64,000 bases of DNA from Blepharisma stoltei ATCC 30299 (lineage: Eukaryota; Protista; Ciliophora), in contig CBFDEM010000040.1 in NCBI GenBank assembly GCA_965603825.1, forward strand, positions 124,001 to 188,000, given 5' to 3'. Below, in pieces: positions 25,182 through 36,393 of the stretch. Each line of letters begins with the position of its first letter. Within the stretch, counting starts at the first letter, position 1. The position numbers and the translations under genes were made by a program. The notes under the pieces were generated by a model. The model had not been told where the DNA came from, did no database searches, and saw only the letters and a program-made list of their open reading frames with translations.

Positions 25182-25892
25182 ATGCTATTGCTGTTTTCTC
25201 TTATATCCCTAGGCTTTGCTTCCAAAATTTACTGCGACAAGTCCCATTACTGTGATTCCACAGAATCCTGCTGTCCTCAAGCAAATGGAAAATATGGCTG
25301 CTGCCCGTTCCCAACCGCTATCTGTTGCAGCGATCAACTCCACTGTTGCCCTTCATCTCTCCCAATCTGCAACGCAAACTCAGGCAAATGTTCAGCAAAC
25401 AACGGTTTTAACCTTCTCTGGGGCACCAAAGTAGACGCAAAGCTGATTTTACCATTTGAATTTGACGGAAGAAATGAATGGAATAGTTGCATTAATATCC
25501 TCACCAGCTGTAGCCAAAAATTCGATATTACAAGCTGGACTTTACATATGGTTGGGTGCATTGGAGCTCAAAATAACTATTCAGATGTCTGCAGAGCCAA
25601 AGAAAACTGTTTTGCCATGCAGGATGATGGGAAAACAATGGTTTGTGAAGATATGGACATAAAAATAGAAACTGGGATGATAAGGGAACAAGATAGCATT
25701 AAAGAGCAGCTGGTTAATAATGGACCTGCTATGGGGATTAAAATTGGAGAGGTCAAAGCTTTTGCCATTGTGGGGTGGAAGTCGGTGAATGAGGAAAATT
25801 ATTGGATTGTTGTTGGAGAAGATGGGATTAATTTGCTTGTGAAGTTTGAAGAACTTTTTATAGCAGATGGAGGAAGCCTCGTAAAAGCATAA
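25182..25892 (+). CDS. Secreted granulin-domain protein fused to a degenerate cathepsin-B/papain-like domain
   Basis: Signal peptide; granulin Cys pattern C-C-CC-CC-CC-CC-C-C (SCCP...YGCCP...ICCSDQLHCCP). Then LPFEFDGRNEWNSCI, IKEQLVNNGP and AIVGW...ENYWIV. Confidence 0.8.
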   Translation: MLLLFSLISLGFASKIYCDKSHYCDSTESCCPQANGKYGCCPFPTAICCSDQLHCCPSSLPICNANSGKCSANNGFNLLWGTKVDAKLILPFEFDGRNEWNSCINILTSCSQKFDITSWTLHMVGCIGAQNNYSDVCRAKENCFAMQDDGKTMVCEDMDIKIETGMIREQDSIKEQLVNNGPAMGIKIGEVKAFAIVGWKSVNEENYWIVVGEDGINLLVKFEELFIADGGSLVKA

Positions 25893-26010
25893 AAATATCA
25901 TTATTTAGTAAGCACTTGTTAAAGATAAACCTAGACTAGGAATTATTTAAGCCAGTTTATATGAAATTAGCAATAATTATGAAGAATTGGCTTGATGAAT
26001 TTTAATTAAT

Positions 26011-26685
26011 CTAATCCTTTTTTTCTTCTGTATTCTCTTTCTTATCTTCTCCTTTATTCTCCTTCTTATTTTCTCCTTTATCCTCTATCCCCTGTTCTTG
26101 CTCTTTTTTCTTTCTGTCTAAAAACTGTCGAAAAGTCTCTTTGTTCCCCTCCTCTTTCTTCTGCTCCATTTCTGCTTGGTATTCCATCACGAGTTTTTCA
26201 AAATTGTCTTCTTTCTTCTGTATGAACTCCTCATAAGTTTCTTTTGGCTCTCCTTCCTTTTTCTTGGCCATTTCTTCTTCATACTCTTTCGTAATTCGAT
26301 CATTAATTTCTTTAGCTCTTTCAATTCTTGAAGGATTCAGTAATTCAGGGTTATTTCTCAGGTCATATTTGTTGACTATCTCTTTGATATACTCAAAAGT
26401 ATGCATTGTATAAGGGACAGTCAAAATGCGGTAACTAAAGAAAGATGCAACTATTTTTGCAAGCAGAGGTGAGGTAAAATCAGGAGGAACTGGAATAAAA
26501 TATCCTACTGACACTGAGATGGGCAGACTTATAAACTTAAGCATCACATTTTTTTTCATAAGTTTGCTCATTTGGTAGCTCTCTTCTTCACTAAGAACGC
26601 CTTTCTTGACTCTTGAAATGACTGGGATGTATTCTTTGAGCTCTCTTGAAGGCATGCCCAATAAGATAGCCTTAATTGATTTCAT
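26011..26685 (-). CDS. Hypothetical protein with 1-2 hydrophobic segments and a charged E/K-rich tail
   Basis: Uninterrupted ATG-TAG ORF of 224 aa with coding-like composition. Internal repeat EYxxEMxxKKE(x)GxxKET occurs twice. Confidence 0.7.
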   Translation of the reverse strand: MKSIKAILLGMPSRELKEYIPVISRVKKGVLSEEESYQMSKLMKKNVMLKFISLPISVSVGYFIPVPPDFTSPLLAKIVASFFSYRILTVPYTMHTFEYIKEIVNKYDLRNNPELLNPSRIERAKEINDRITKEYEEEMAKKKEGEPKETYEEFIQKKEDNFEKLVMEYQAEMEQKKEEGNKETFRQFLDRKKKEQEQGIEDKGENKKENKGEDKKENTEEKKD

Positions 26686-27060
26686 AAAAGTTTATAATTA
26701 ACTTGACTACTAGTCAATAAAACTAAAGATTACCAAAAGAGATAGAGATATATAAAAATTTTAAGCGAAAGTCCGAAAAAGCAAAAGATGCAAAGCTAAA
26801 AGAAGAATTTTAAATGGAATCTTATCAGCATCCAAATTGAAAGCCTATTAAGAATTCTTAATTCCTATGACTTTAAAAATCAAAATTTAATTGTATAATT
26901 CCAAGCATTAGTCTCAGATAAGCATATTCTCGTCAATAATCGACGTGGTGCATGATCATCACTGACAATTTTATATATTCCCTAACGCTGTCTTGGACAA
27001 TTTTGCCTAAATATTATATTAATCATCCATTTACTTATGGGATAAAACTTTCACTATTTA

Positions 27061-28235
27061 TTATGATAGCACTTCCCACTCATCCTCACTTTCACTTTGG
27101 CTTTCAAGCTTAAGTTCTATCTTTGGAGGTAAAACTTTATTCATTGGCAATGAAGGGATGCTGAACCATCTTCCCAAAAACGGCGAATTTGCTAGTGATT
27201 TTACATCAAAAACTCCTTTAAGCAAGTTTAAATCAACTCCTGCGTGCTGCTGCATGTATCTTAAATCTTGGTATAAATAAATTAAGGCTGTCTCACAGGC
27301 AAAAGTGTCATTTACATCAAGGTGATGGATGTTTCCTGAGTGGTCTTTTATAGTAAAATAGCTTTTGTTAAAAGATAGAGGAAATGGCATGTCCATATTC
27401 AAAATAAAGGAAGAAAAATTAATGAAATAGCACATACAATTAATTATGATAGCTCTTATATAGTAGATTGCCCTAGGCTATAATAGTTCTCAATTTGGTC
27501 TCTCTATCTCAGTTAACCCTACTATCACATTGGATTTTTTGGATCATAAAAAATTGTGGCATTAAATTTTTCCATTTTAAATATAAATGAAGCAGCAGAT
27601 AGAATTGATAGAATGAGTGATCGCATGAAGATGCTCGTCAGTCATGTATGGAGTCATAATAGCTGAATATAGGTTACTTTTGAATGAAATTATAAAATTT
27701 GTTTTATCAATTGATTTCATTTCACCTTCATCTTGAAAAATCTGGCTGAACCCTATGCACCTTTCTAGCTGAAACAATTCTGATATGCAATAATCAGGAA
27801 AATAAGGATTATTTTCAAAAATCAAGGCTGCTTCTTTTATATGTAATTTTCGCTTTTTTTCTGTTTCCAGCATCAGATTTTCGCAATTTTCTTTATTTTT
27901 TTCTTCAGTATTAATAGTGCTTATAAAGCTTCTCTTCTCCTCAAATTCCCATTTCAAAATTTCAATCTGTGCCTTAATTTTCTCCAGATTTTCCTTGTCT
28001 AATTACTTTTACTTCTATCAAATTTTTCTTTCAGCCTTTTTAATGTATTTTTCTGCATTTCTTTGACCATTTGGTTTGACGATTGTTTTAAAATTACCTC
28101 TGATGCCCTTTCCCTAAGTAATCTCACATGTGGGATTAGCATAAATAAATGCTCTTTTAGTGGCCCGATCCTTTCTGAAACACAAGTCTGGCACACAAGA
28201 TTTTCTTTCTGCTGTTTACAAGCTCCACAATTCAT
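27061..28235 (-). pseudogene. Atg14/UVRAG(Vps38)-like locus, interrupted (pseudogene, or gene with unusual introns or an insertion)
   Basis: N-terminal CGAC...VCQTC, then coiled coil, then C-terminal MCYFINFSSFILNMDMPFPL...ALIYLYQDLRYM resembling the Atg14/UVRAG domain. Needs a 14-nt GT-AG excision (27999-28012) and bypass of in-frame TAA/TAA/TAG at ~27478-27579. Confidence 0.5.
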
Positions 28236-28305
28236 TCTAATTTTCCTTAATTTTTACATATTTTAACTGAGCCAAAAATTTAAGGTTTCTATGAATAAAT
28301 ATTAA

Positions 28306-30549
28306 ATGCCCTGTGAAGAGCTAATTACCCGCTTTCACAAAATCTTGACTGACAGTTCTGATATTGGGCTCAGATTAAGAGGATTTTCATCATTAATTGA
28401 CTCAATGCTGTACGAGCATGCCGACGATTCTAATTTTGAGCGTCGTTTATTGATTGATGAATACAATACCTGGATGCTTTTTATCCAGCTGAGTCTTATT
28501 AACGAGTTTCCAAGGCAATACAAATCACTAGGAAAATCAGTCCTGCACGAAATTTCTCAGGAATTTATGAATGATAGGCTATTTCTGGCCAAACTCTGTA
28601 TGCTAACTTGGGTGGAGTCAATCAAACGCACCGAAAATTATCAAGAAAAAGATGCCGAATTTTTGAACACAGCCGCGAAAATAAAGGCGAATGGACTTAA
28701 TGAGAGGCTTGACCCTGACTTTGTGTGGAATACATCGAGGAAACCTGATAAAGGCGACGTAGAAAGCGACTTGCAATTAATTAGAGATACTTTTAGCTTG
28801 ATAAGAGCTGGGGATCTAAAATCGGCCCAAACTCTTTTGAATGATTCCAATCAAGCTTGGCGAGCACTTACTCTTTCAGGACTTCTCCCTTATTTTGACT
28901 TTAAAATCCACGAGTACCCTGGAGATTCGTATATCCCTTCATTTTTTAACACAGCTGACTTTGAAAAAGCTACAGTCGAGCCAGAATCCCCACAAGGCTA
29001 CCAAGGTGATTTTGGCAATGCAAACATCGAGCTTTATATAGCCACAAATTGGAAGCTTTCAGAAGAGAAAAAAAGGATAAACTTTGAGTCATATAGCTAT
29101 GAACGAGCATTATACGGAAGCATGTGTGGCAATTATGAAGCAATGCTTCCTGTATGTAAAAATGATATTCATGATCATTTTTGGGCTATGATTAGAAGTG
29201 TATTTATTTTCGATTTGAGAGAAAAACTGAGAAATTGCAATGAGCCGAATTATGTCGTTGAAGAAATTTTCAGTGAAGAATATGGCGAGTTTGGGCTGCC
29301 TATAAATATCCCTAATAAATGGCCGAGCAGCTTTGATGGAATTCTAAGGATGCTACAGCAGCAGCATGCAGAAGTATTTAAAAAATCGTATAACAAGCTG
29401 CAGTTCACTTCTATTGTCCCAGCTATTTTAAGCAACTGGGATCAAGTTCTTGACAATCTGTCATTTTTTACGTCACAGTACTATGAAAATTCAAAAGAAG
29501 GGGTTATGGAAGAAATTTATGCCACCCGCTTTTCAGCCCACTTAGCAATTATCATTAAATCAGCCTACGATGTCTCAGAAAACAAAATCCAACTCGCTGA
29601 AGAGCTCATATCTAAATACATAAAAGCCTTAATTGGATATAAAAGTCCTCTCCATGTCGTATTATTTTATTTACGCTACATTTCTGACGAAACTTTAATG
29701 ATGGAGATCTCTAATGAGCTGTTCAGAAACTACACAGAAACTCATGAACGAGAAATGTGTGTCGAGTCCTTAAAAGTGTATGCCTCCAAAATGTATCAAG
29801 GATTTATTTGTGAAATAATTATGAATATTGTAGAGCTGAAATATCTCCAATTAGACTACAATAATGTTATAAATATGCTTAGAGTTTCTGAAAGCTACGA
29901 AGCTGACAAAGATTTGCAAGACCTGATTTCCTTAATAAAGCCACAAATTTTCAGAGAGTCCTTTTCTTCTCTGCTTTCTTTGATCAGAAAACTTATCCTT
30001 TCCTGCAAAATAAATAAAGCTCATGAATTGGTTGTGGTATCATTTAATGCTCTTTTAGACGATAATTTACAAAAATACGAGCGTGAGTATTGGTCAAAGT
30101 TTATTGATTCCATCAACAATTATATCAATTACAAAACTTATAAATCACAAGATTTTGTAGCTATGGTAGAAGAAGAATCATTTAATACAAGTAGCTCAGC
30201 ATTATTAAAAGTTAGCTCAAACCCAATACATGCAATAGAAAAAAGAAACAATCAAATAAAAAATAACGCAGAAAAAACTTTAAGCTCCCTAGAATTTGTG
30301 ACGGGAATTAAAGACAGGAGATTTCCACTAATTGATATAGATGAAGAAGATATAAGGATTTTTACAAAAAATTGGGAAATTATTTTACTATTGTGGATGG
30401 TTGAAATTTATGAGGAACTTAGGATGGTAGAAAAATGCAAAGAACTTTTAGCGATTGTGGAGTCAATATTTGAGAGGTATTTAGATGGAAATCAAAAAGC
30501 ACAAATTGTAGGGCAGCTGAGGAGAGCAATTAATAGATTAAGTGCATAA
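28306..30549 (+). CDS. NUP107: Nuclear pore complex protein Nup107/Nup84 (747 aa)
   Basis: LDPDF, LIRAGDL...QAWRALTLSG, YERALYGSMCGN, DHFWA and RFSAHL motifs. Confidence 0.85.
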   Translation: MPCEELITRFHKILTDSSDIGLRLRGFSSLIDSMLYEHADDSNFERRLLIDEYNTWMLFIQLSLINEFPRQYKSLGKSVLHEISQEFMNDRLFLAKLCMLTWVESIKRTENYQEKDAEFLNTAAKIKANGLNERLDPDFVWNTSRKPDKGDVESDLQLIRDTFSLIRAGDLKSAQTLLNDSNQAWRALTLSGLLPYFDFKIHEYPGDSYIPSFFNTADFEKATVEPESPQGYQGDFGNANIELYIATNWKLSEEKKRINFESYSYERALYGSMCGNYEAMLPVCKNDIHDHFWAMIRSVFIFDLREKLRNCNEPNYVVEEIFSEEYGEFGLPINIPNKWPSSFDGILRMLQQQHAEVFKKSYNKLQFTSIVPAILSNWDQVLDNLSFFTSQYYENSKEGVMEEIYATRFSAHLAIIIKSAYDVSENKIQLAEELISKYIKALIGYKSPLHVVLFYLRYISDETLMMEISNELFRNYTETHEREMCVESLKVYASKMYQGFICEIIMNIVELKYLQLDYNNVINMLRVSESYEADKDLQDLISLIKPQIFRESFSSLLSLIRKLILSCKINKAHELVVVSFNALLDDNLQKYEREYWSKFIDSINNYINYKTYKSQDFVAMVEEESFNTSSSALLKVSSNPIHAIEKRNNQIKNNAEKTLSSLEFVTGIKDRRFPLIDIDEEDIRIFTKNWEIILLLWMVEIYEELRMVEKCKELLAIVESIFERYLDGNQKAQIVGQLRRAINRLSA

Positions 30550-30633
30550 GTTTTTAATAAGCAAGGTTCAATCATTTTTCTTATTTTAATATATATGAGA
30601 TATTGTATTAAAAACGGTTAGCTCATACTTATT

Positions 30634-31017
30634 TTAAACTATTTTTTTCATATGGTCAGCTAATTTTGCATGTGTTTTTATTTGATGGGCTGGGATATTA
30701 ACGTTGCATGCTATGCAATGAGTGATCGAGTTTTCGTAATAATCAGTGACTTTCACAACTTTAAATTGGCTTCTATCTCCTATTACAAAAACATCTCCTT
30801 CGTTGAGTCCTTCTGGGATATTAAATAATGAATTGTCGAATGAATTTTCTCCTCCACTTGTATTTTCGTATTCGCTTTCTTCGTCACTTTCGTCAGCTTT
30901 TTTATTTTTAAATTTTTTTAGCCCATCCAAGTACTCTACCACCATTTTAGCTCGATAATCTTTTGCTGTGGTGTGGTCTAAGTATGCATTCCTTTCACTG
31001 CAAGCACATATTCCCAT
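30634..31017 (-). CDS. Small N-acylated protein with C-terminal C2H2/matrin-type zinc finger, paralog A
   Basis: MGICAC N-terminus; EGDVFVIGD..FKVV; CIAC...HAKLADH. Similar to 32033-32401. Confidence 0.75.
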   Translation of the reverse strand: MGICACSERNAYLDHTTAKDYRAKMVVEYLDGLKKFKNKKADESDEESEYENTSGGENSFDNSLFNIPEGLNEGDVFVIGDRSQFKVVKVTDYYENSITHCIACNVNIPAHQIKTHAKLADHMKKIV

Positions 31018-31269
31018 TTTAATATTTTAAAAGCATATTGAATTAGAGATAAAACGGATGCTTTAAATAATTATTAAGTGATATGAAAAATCAATAAAAA
31101 ATAAGGATTTATGTCAAAATTTTAAATAAATTTATAATTACTGCTCTCTAAAGCAATAGTTGTTTACCTTAAAAATATATACAAGCACGCTGAAAGTATA
31201 TATTATTCATAATATTATAACAACTATGCAGGAATTAATTATAAAAACTCATCTGTAACATAAAATAAT

Positions 31270-31587
31270 ATGCTAGTGTGGAGAGCAAGTCAAACTTTTA
31301 GGTTTTTTCAACCTAAAATCCGGGCGATTCATGACCAAAAACCTTCCGAAGGCACAAGTCTCAAGAAGAAAGGCAAAGGTGACGAAGAGATTTACTTCAG
31401 CAAAATAGAAAATGATCAAAAAGGCTTAGTTAATAAGCAAGAAGTTGCAGAAGAAGAACCAGAAATTGCTATAGAAAATGACAAAGAAGCGATATCAAAA
31501 TTTCTTACATTGCTAGATAAGCATAATATTAGACCTTCAGAGTCGCTCATTGAAGATATCTTGAATTGGAAAAAAGGAATTTATTAA
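31270..31587 (+). CDS. Mitochondrial ATP synthase inhibitor IF1-like protein
   Basis: Arg-rich presequence followed by LKKKGKGDEEIYF, which resembles the IF1 inhibitory segment (FGKREQAEEERYF). About 105 aa. Confidence 0.55.
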   Translation: MLVWRASQTFRFFQPKIRAIHDQKPSEGTSLKKKGKGDEEIYFSKIENDQKGLVNKQEVAEEEPEIAIENDKEAISKFLTLLDKHNIRPSESLIEDILNWKKGIY

Positions 31588-32032
31588 ATATTTCTGATAG
31601 AAAATTTTATGGTTTTAAGATGCATTCATATATAAAGTTGTTAAAGCTACAAAATTAAATAGTTTTTTGAGCTTGCACGCATTAATTACAAGAAAATTCT
31701 TTATCTTTCCATAATCAAAATGTTCTAATAGTTTAGGCATAGTTATATGAATTCAAAATTTTGTTTTTAGCTAACGCAATCATTAAAAATATAAACAAAT
31801 TAGCAAAATTAATAGATTTTAATTGATATTAAATTATCCATTGACTATCTTATGTGGCATAAGATATTTGGAGAATTTTATAAACCACCCAAAAATTCAC
31901 TTGCTTTATTAAGGTACGTGGCTTACTTCCTTAATCATCTGAATGGTCTTAATGCAATGGCTAATTATCGTATGATTTATTCAGCATTGAATTATTAGAC
32001 AAGTTATTATCTTACTTAATATTAATATATGG

Positions 32033-32401
32033 CTAGAAAATCACACACTTTTCAGAGCAATTCATAATATGCTCTGGATTCTTTATGTGCCAATTTAGCT
32101 CTATATCTGGAAAGCTTACTTCACAGATCAAGCACTTAATTATAACACTTCGTGGCGGGCTAATAAACATAACCACTTTATACTCGCTTCCATCGCCAAA
32201 CTTAAATGTGTCCCCTTCTTTGATTCCATCAAGCAAAGCTGAGACAGCTGATTTCTCAGTTTTGCTTCTTTTGAGGTCATCATCACTATCTTCATCATTT
32301 TTGGCCTTCCTTATCTTTTGCATATTCTTTAAGTATTCATCTTTTGGTTTATTTTGGATTTTTGTAGCTTCATCTCTTTCAGTACATGAACAAACACCCA
32401 T
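32033..32401 (-). CDS. Small N-acylated zinc-finger protein, paralog B, ending in CaaX-like CVIF
   Basis: MGVCSC; EGDTFKFGD..YKVV; CLIC...HIKNPEH; C-terminal CVIF followed by stop. Confidence 0.75.
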   Translation of the reverse strand: MGVCSCTERDEATKIQNKPKDEYLKNMQKIRKAKNDEDSDDDLKRSKTEKSAVSALLDGIKEGDTFKFGDGSEYKVVMFISPPRSVIIKCLICEVSFPDIELNWHIKNPEHIMNCSEKCVIF

Positions 32402-32733
32402 TGAGCAGATATAAATGAAAAATTATTTAAATTAAGATCGAAGGATAGCCATTTTATTGGGAATATTATTGCAATGCCACTAAGAAATTAATAAACGGAT
32501 ATCCTCAAAGACTTAAATCTTGATAAAACTGTTTTATAAATATTTATTTTTCGCAAAGTGATTAAAATGCTATGAATAAATTTTTTATAAGTTTAATCGC
32601 ATATTTAAAATTCCAAAAAGTATTATTATAAATTATAATAATGATATATCTATCTATAGGCAGCAAGCCATACTTCATAATAAAAAGAACTTAAAGATTT
32701 ATAATTAAGAATATCATAGAGATAAGTTAAATT

Positions 32734-35700
32734 TTATTTAATAAATGTTTTCCTATTGCTCAAGTCATTTTTAAAATTTTCCATACTTGCTCTAAATTCA
32801 TCAATTTCTTTTTGAAAAGTTGCTCTCAGATTTAAAATTTCTTTTGAAAATTCAGCGACGTATTTTTTTAAAATTTCCCTCTTTTTCATTTTCTTTTCTA
32901 ATCTATTTGTATTTTTCTCAACTAAATCGAAGCATTTGCTAAGCATTTGTGACCTTTTTTCAATGTTTTTCTTATATAGATTAATTGCTGCAGTTTTATG
33001 CTCTTCATGCTTTCCAATCGAAATCCCGCACTGTTGTAAATACATATTTTTCCCTTTGTGCCTTCCTTTAATATGTATTGTATCATATTCCAATATAATT
33101 TCTGCTTTTTCCTGCTGATCAGCTATATCATGTTCATCAGATAATTTCTCCAACGTATATGTTAATAAAGCCACAAGTGCGCTCAGCAAAACCAGCGTTA
33201 TAAACAGACTCGTAAAAACAAAAATAACAATTTGCAAGTCCAACGAATAATTCACAAAATTCCCATATGCGTTTGCATAAGCATCTAGCCACGTGTCTTT
33301 AAACTTCTCTGGGTTTTCAGAATCTGTATAAAGCGCTGTAGTTTGTGCCAAAATAGCTATAAAAAGTACCACAAAAAACGGTTTAAGATATTCCACAACT
33401 TCCATAAGGATTTTTATCATATACCTTGTGCTATCAAACATGCGAAAATACCCAACAAATCTAACCCAAGCCACAATATTTAAAATAGCTAACATCGCAT
33501 CTTTTGTCAGCCTGTCAGCGTCTGCAAAAACTGATATAGGATACATATACATTAAGCATATCCTCATCATATCTAAAATATTCCAAAATTCTCGAATATA
33601 AGACCCCACGCTTTCATTTGACTGAATAATTTCATATAAAAGCATCAGGGAATTAAAAATCAAAATTAAAATTAATGTGACTATATCATCTCGGACAACA
33701 ACTGAGTGAATAAACAAAATAAGCAGCAAACAGGAGTAGACTATAGCTTGGATCCACATAATATGACGTATTTGCTGTCATTTAAAGGCTAATAGTGACT
33801 TAATGAACTCTGTTCTATATATTTCTGTTTGCTTGCATTTTAAAATAGACCTTACTAATTTAATTGATTTTTTGTCTCCCATTGATAAATTTAAGGAAAA
33901 TAAGCTTTGTCGCCATTCAAGCCCATAGTCTGTAAAAAGCATATTAGACATTTCTTGCTTTTGATGGACAAATTGTGAAGGGTCAATATGTGGAGTTTTT
34001 GATAGCTTTATCGTAGGCGGATATTCTAATAAACTTCCAAATGTAGGTAAGTATTGATAATGGACGACTGGAAACGCTGAGTTATACAGCACAATTAGTG
34101 AAGGCAAGCTGCTCTTATTTAATAATGGTAAAGTTTCTCTTAAATATTCAAAAGCTGACTGGTTATTTTTGAAAATAATTGGGAATAATTTTATTATGAT
34201 TTCTGCACAAAGTTTGCTTTTTTTATTTAATGATATCGAAAGAGGAGTTTCTCCTGTGGCGCAGGCAATAAATTTTCCATTTGCACTAATAGAATCCTCT
34301 AGAAGTTTTGATAGGTTCAGCTGGGCAAATACATGAAGAGCTGTAATGCACCATGGAGAAATCACGTAATTATAAAAATCTGAAATGGGAGAAATGCTTC
34401 TATAATTTAATAGACCATATATAAAAGACCGAAAAATAAATGAATACTTGTAAGGGATTACTGTATTTTGATTTTGATTTGATATTGGACTTTTAAAAGC
34501 TTTTACATGCTGCTTTGTGCTAATTATAAGCCATTCGTTATCTGGTGTAAGTGCTAGTGATAGGATGTCTTTGAATTCATATAAAATTGCTAAAATTTGT
34601 CTATCTGGTATTGACCACATTTTTATGTATCTTCTGTCAACTTGTGTGAATAAAAACCTATCGTCTGCGCTGATAAGCATTTTATTGATCATTTTGTCAT
34701 CATCTATAATAATTCCTTCTTGGTAATATAATTTGGTATTTCATATTCTCATAGTCCCATCAAGACCTCCAGAAATCAGCCTTTTATTATTTGATGACAG
34801 GCACAAGCAAGTAACTTCATCTTCATGCCCATACATTAAACTTATTTCTTTTGAATCCAAAAAGCTTCAGCATCTGATAGTTTTATCTTTACTTCCAGAG
34901 TAGATTTTTAGATTATCAGTAGAAATGCAAATTGAAGTAATTTTGTGCTCATGCCCTTTAAAAGTAGCTATACATGAGCCATCATCAATTTTTCAAATTT
35001 TTATTGCTTTATCGATTGATCCTGAAATTATATATTTATCATCAGAGCTTAAGCATAATGACAGAATCCCTTCATCATGACCTCTTAATATCATTTCTTC
35101 TTTTGCTGTAAAAAGATCTCATATCCTAATAGTTTGGTCTTGGCTCCCAGATATGCATCTGCTTCCATCAGAAGTATAAACAACACTATGAACAGGACCA
35201 TCATGGCCTTCTAAAATTCCTTCAAAATCAGGGGAATTTATTTTTCATAAAATAATTTTGGAATCGTCACTGGCTGTAGCCATGTAATTAGAGTCAGATG
35301 AAGTAGCTATTGAATATATCCTGCCATCGTGGCCTGAGTGCTTAATCTCGTCTGGATACTCAGAAAGCTTACAAATCCTTACCTTTTTGTCATTTGAGCC
35401 ACTTATCATGTATTTTGAGGTTTTGCTTATATAAATTGAAGAGATTGAGGCACTATGAGCTGTTATCAGAATTTCTTGATAAGTTTTAAGACTAAGAATG
35501 CCTACAACTCCATCATGTCCTCCATAAATTACATACAAATTATCATGAGTTACAGATAGTGAATTTATTGTATCTGAGCACTCTGCAAGAATTTTTTCTT
35601 CCCTCATTTTTGTTAAGTCCCATAATCGTATTGTTTTATCCATTCCACTCGATATTGCTCATTTTGAGTCTGAAGTCAGCGTGATGCTTAAAATCGGTCA

Positions 35701-36354
35701 ATTGTGACCGACTAGCTGATTTTTTTTAAAATTTTCATCTAAATCCCAAACTATGATATTTTGGCTACTACCTCCAAATAATGCTAATTTCCCATTATTT
35801 GACAGTCCAATTGTATATATATTTGCTCCTAAATTGTTTATAACATATTCTGACGATCTTGCTACTAAATTCCAAATAATGACTGAAGAATCCATGCTTG
35901 AAGACAGCAGTTTTTTGTTATCAAAAGATAGTGCTAAGGCGAGAATTTTGTCTTCATGCTGATTAAATAAGGTTTCTTCAATTTTGTCTTCAATATTTCA
36001 AATTCTGATTGTGCAGTCATAACTACCTGAAATTAAAATTTTATCATCATGTGAGATGCACATGCATTTAACTTCGTCTTTATGCCCAGCTAGCATTATT
36101 TCATGCTCAATATCTTCGTTAGTTTCTTCAATATTCATGACCATGATGCTCCCATCAGCTAATCCAGCAGCAATATATTTCTCATCACTAGTCATAACTA
36201 CCGATTTTACTTCAGTTTTGTAATAAATCACAGTACTTTCTGGCTTAGGCTCATTTGATTTCAGCAATGCGAATTTATTTTCAATTGTATCGCGCCTATA
36301 ACTGACTTCTAAAGCTGACTCTGAAATCAACCCTGGCGATTTTAAACTTGCCAT
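32734..36354 (-). CDS. WD40-repeat + ankyrin-like + TRP-like ion channel protein (~1206 aa)
   Basis: Five track ORFs are in one frame and join via ~9 TGA, several at the Trp of DxTIRIW(D/N) WD40 motifs. TALHVFA/GETPLSI ankyrin-like segments. TM domain with FWNILD, WVRFVGYFRMF and LLSALVALL. Confidence 0.85.
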
Positions 36355-36393
36355 TATTAATTAATAGCAAATTTTGAATAATTTGTTAACTAG

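Noticed and set aside
26930-27010. Small hairpins and ATGATC/CTGA boxes suggesting a snoRNA or snRNA
   Set aside because: Stems are only 4-5 bp, the boxes are too close together, and no guide sequence is recognisable.
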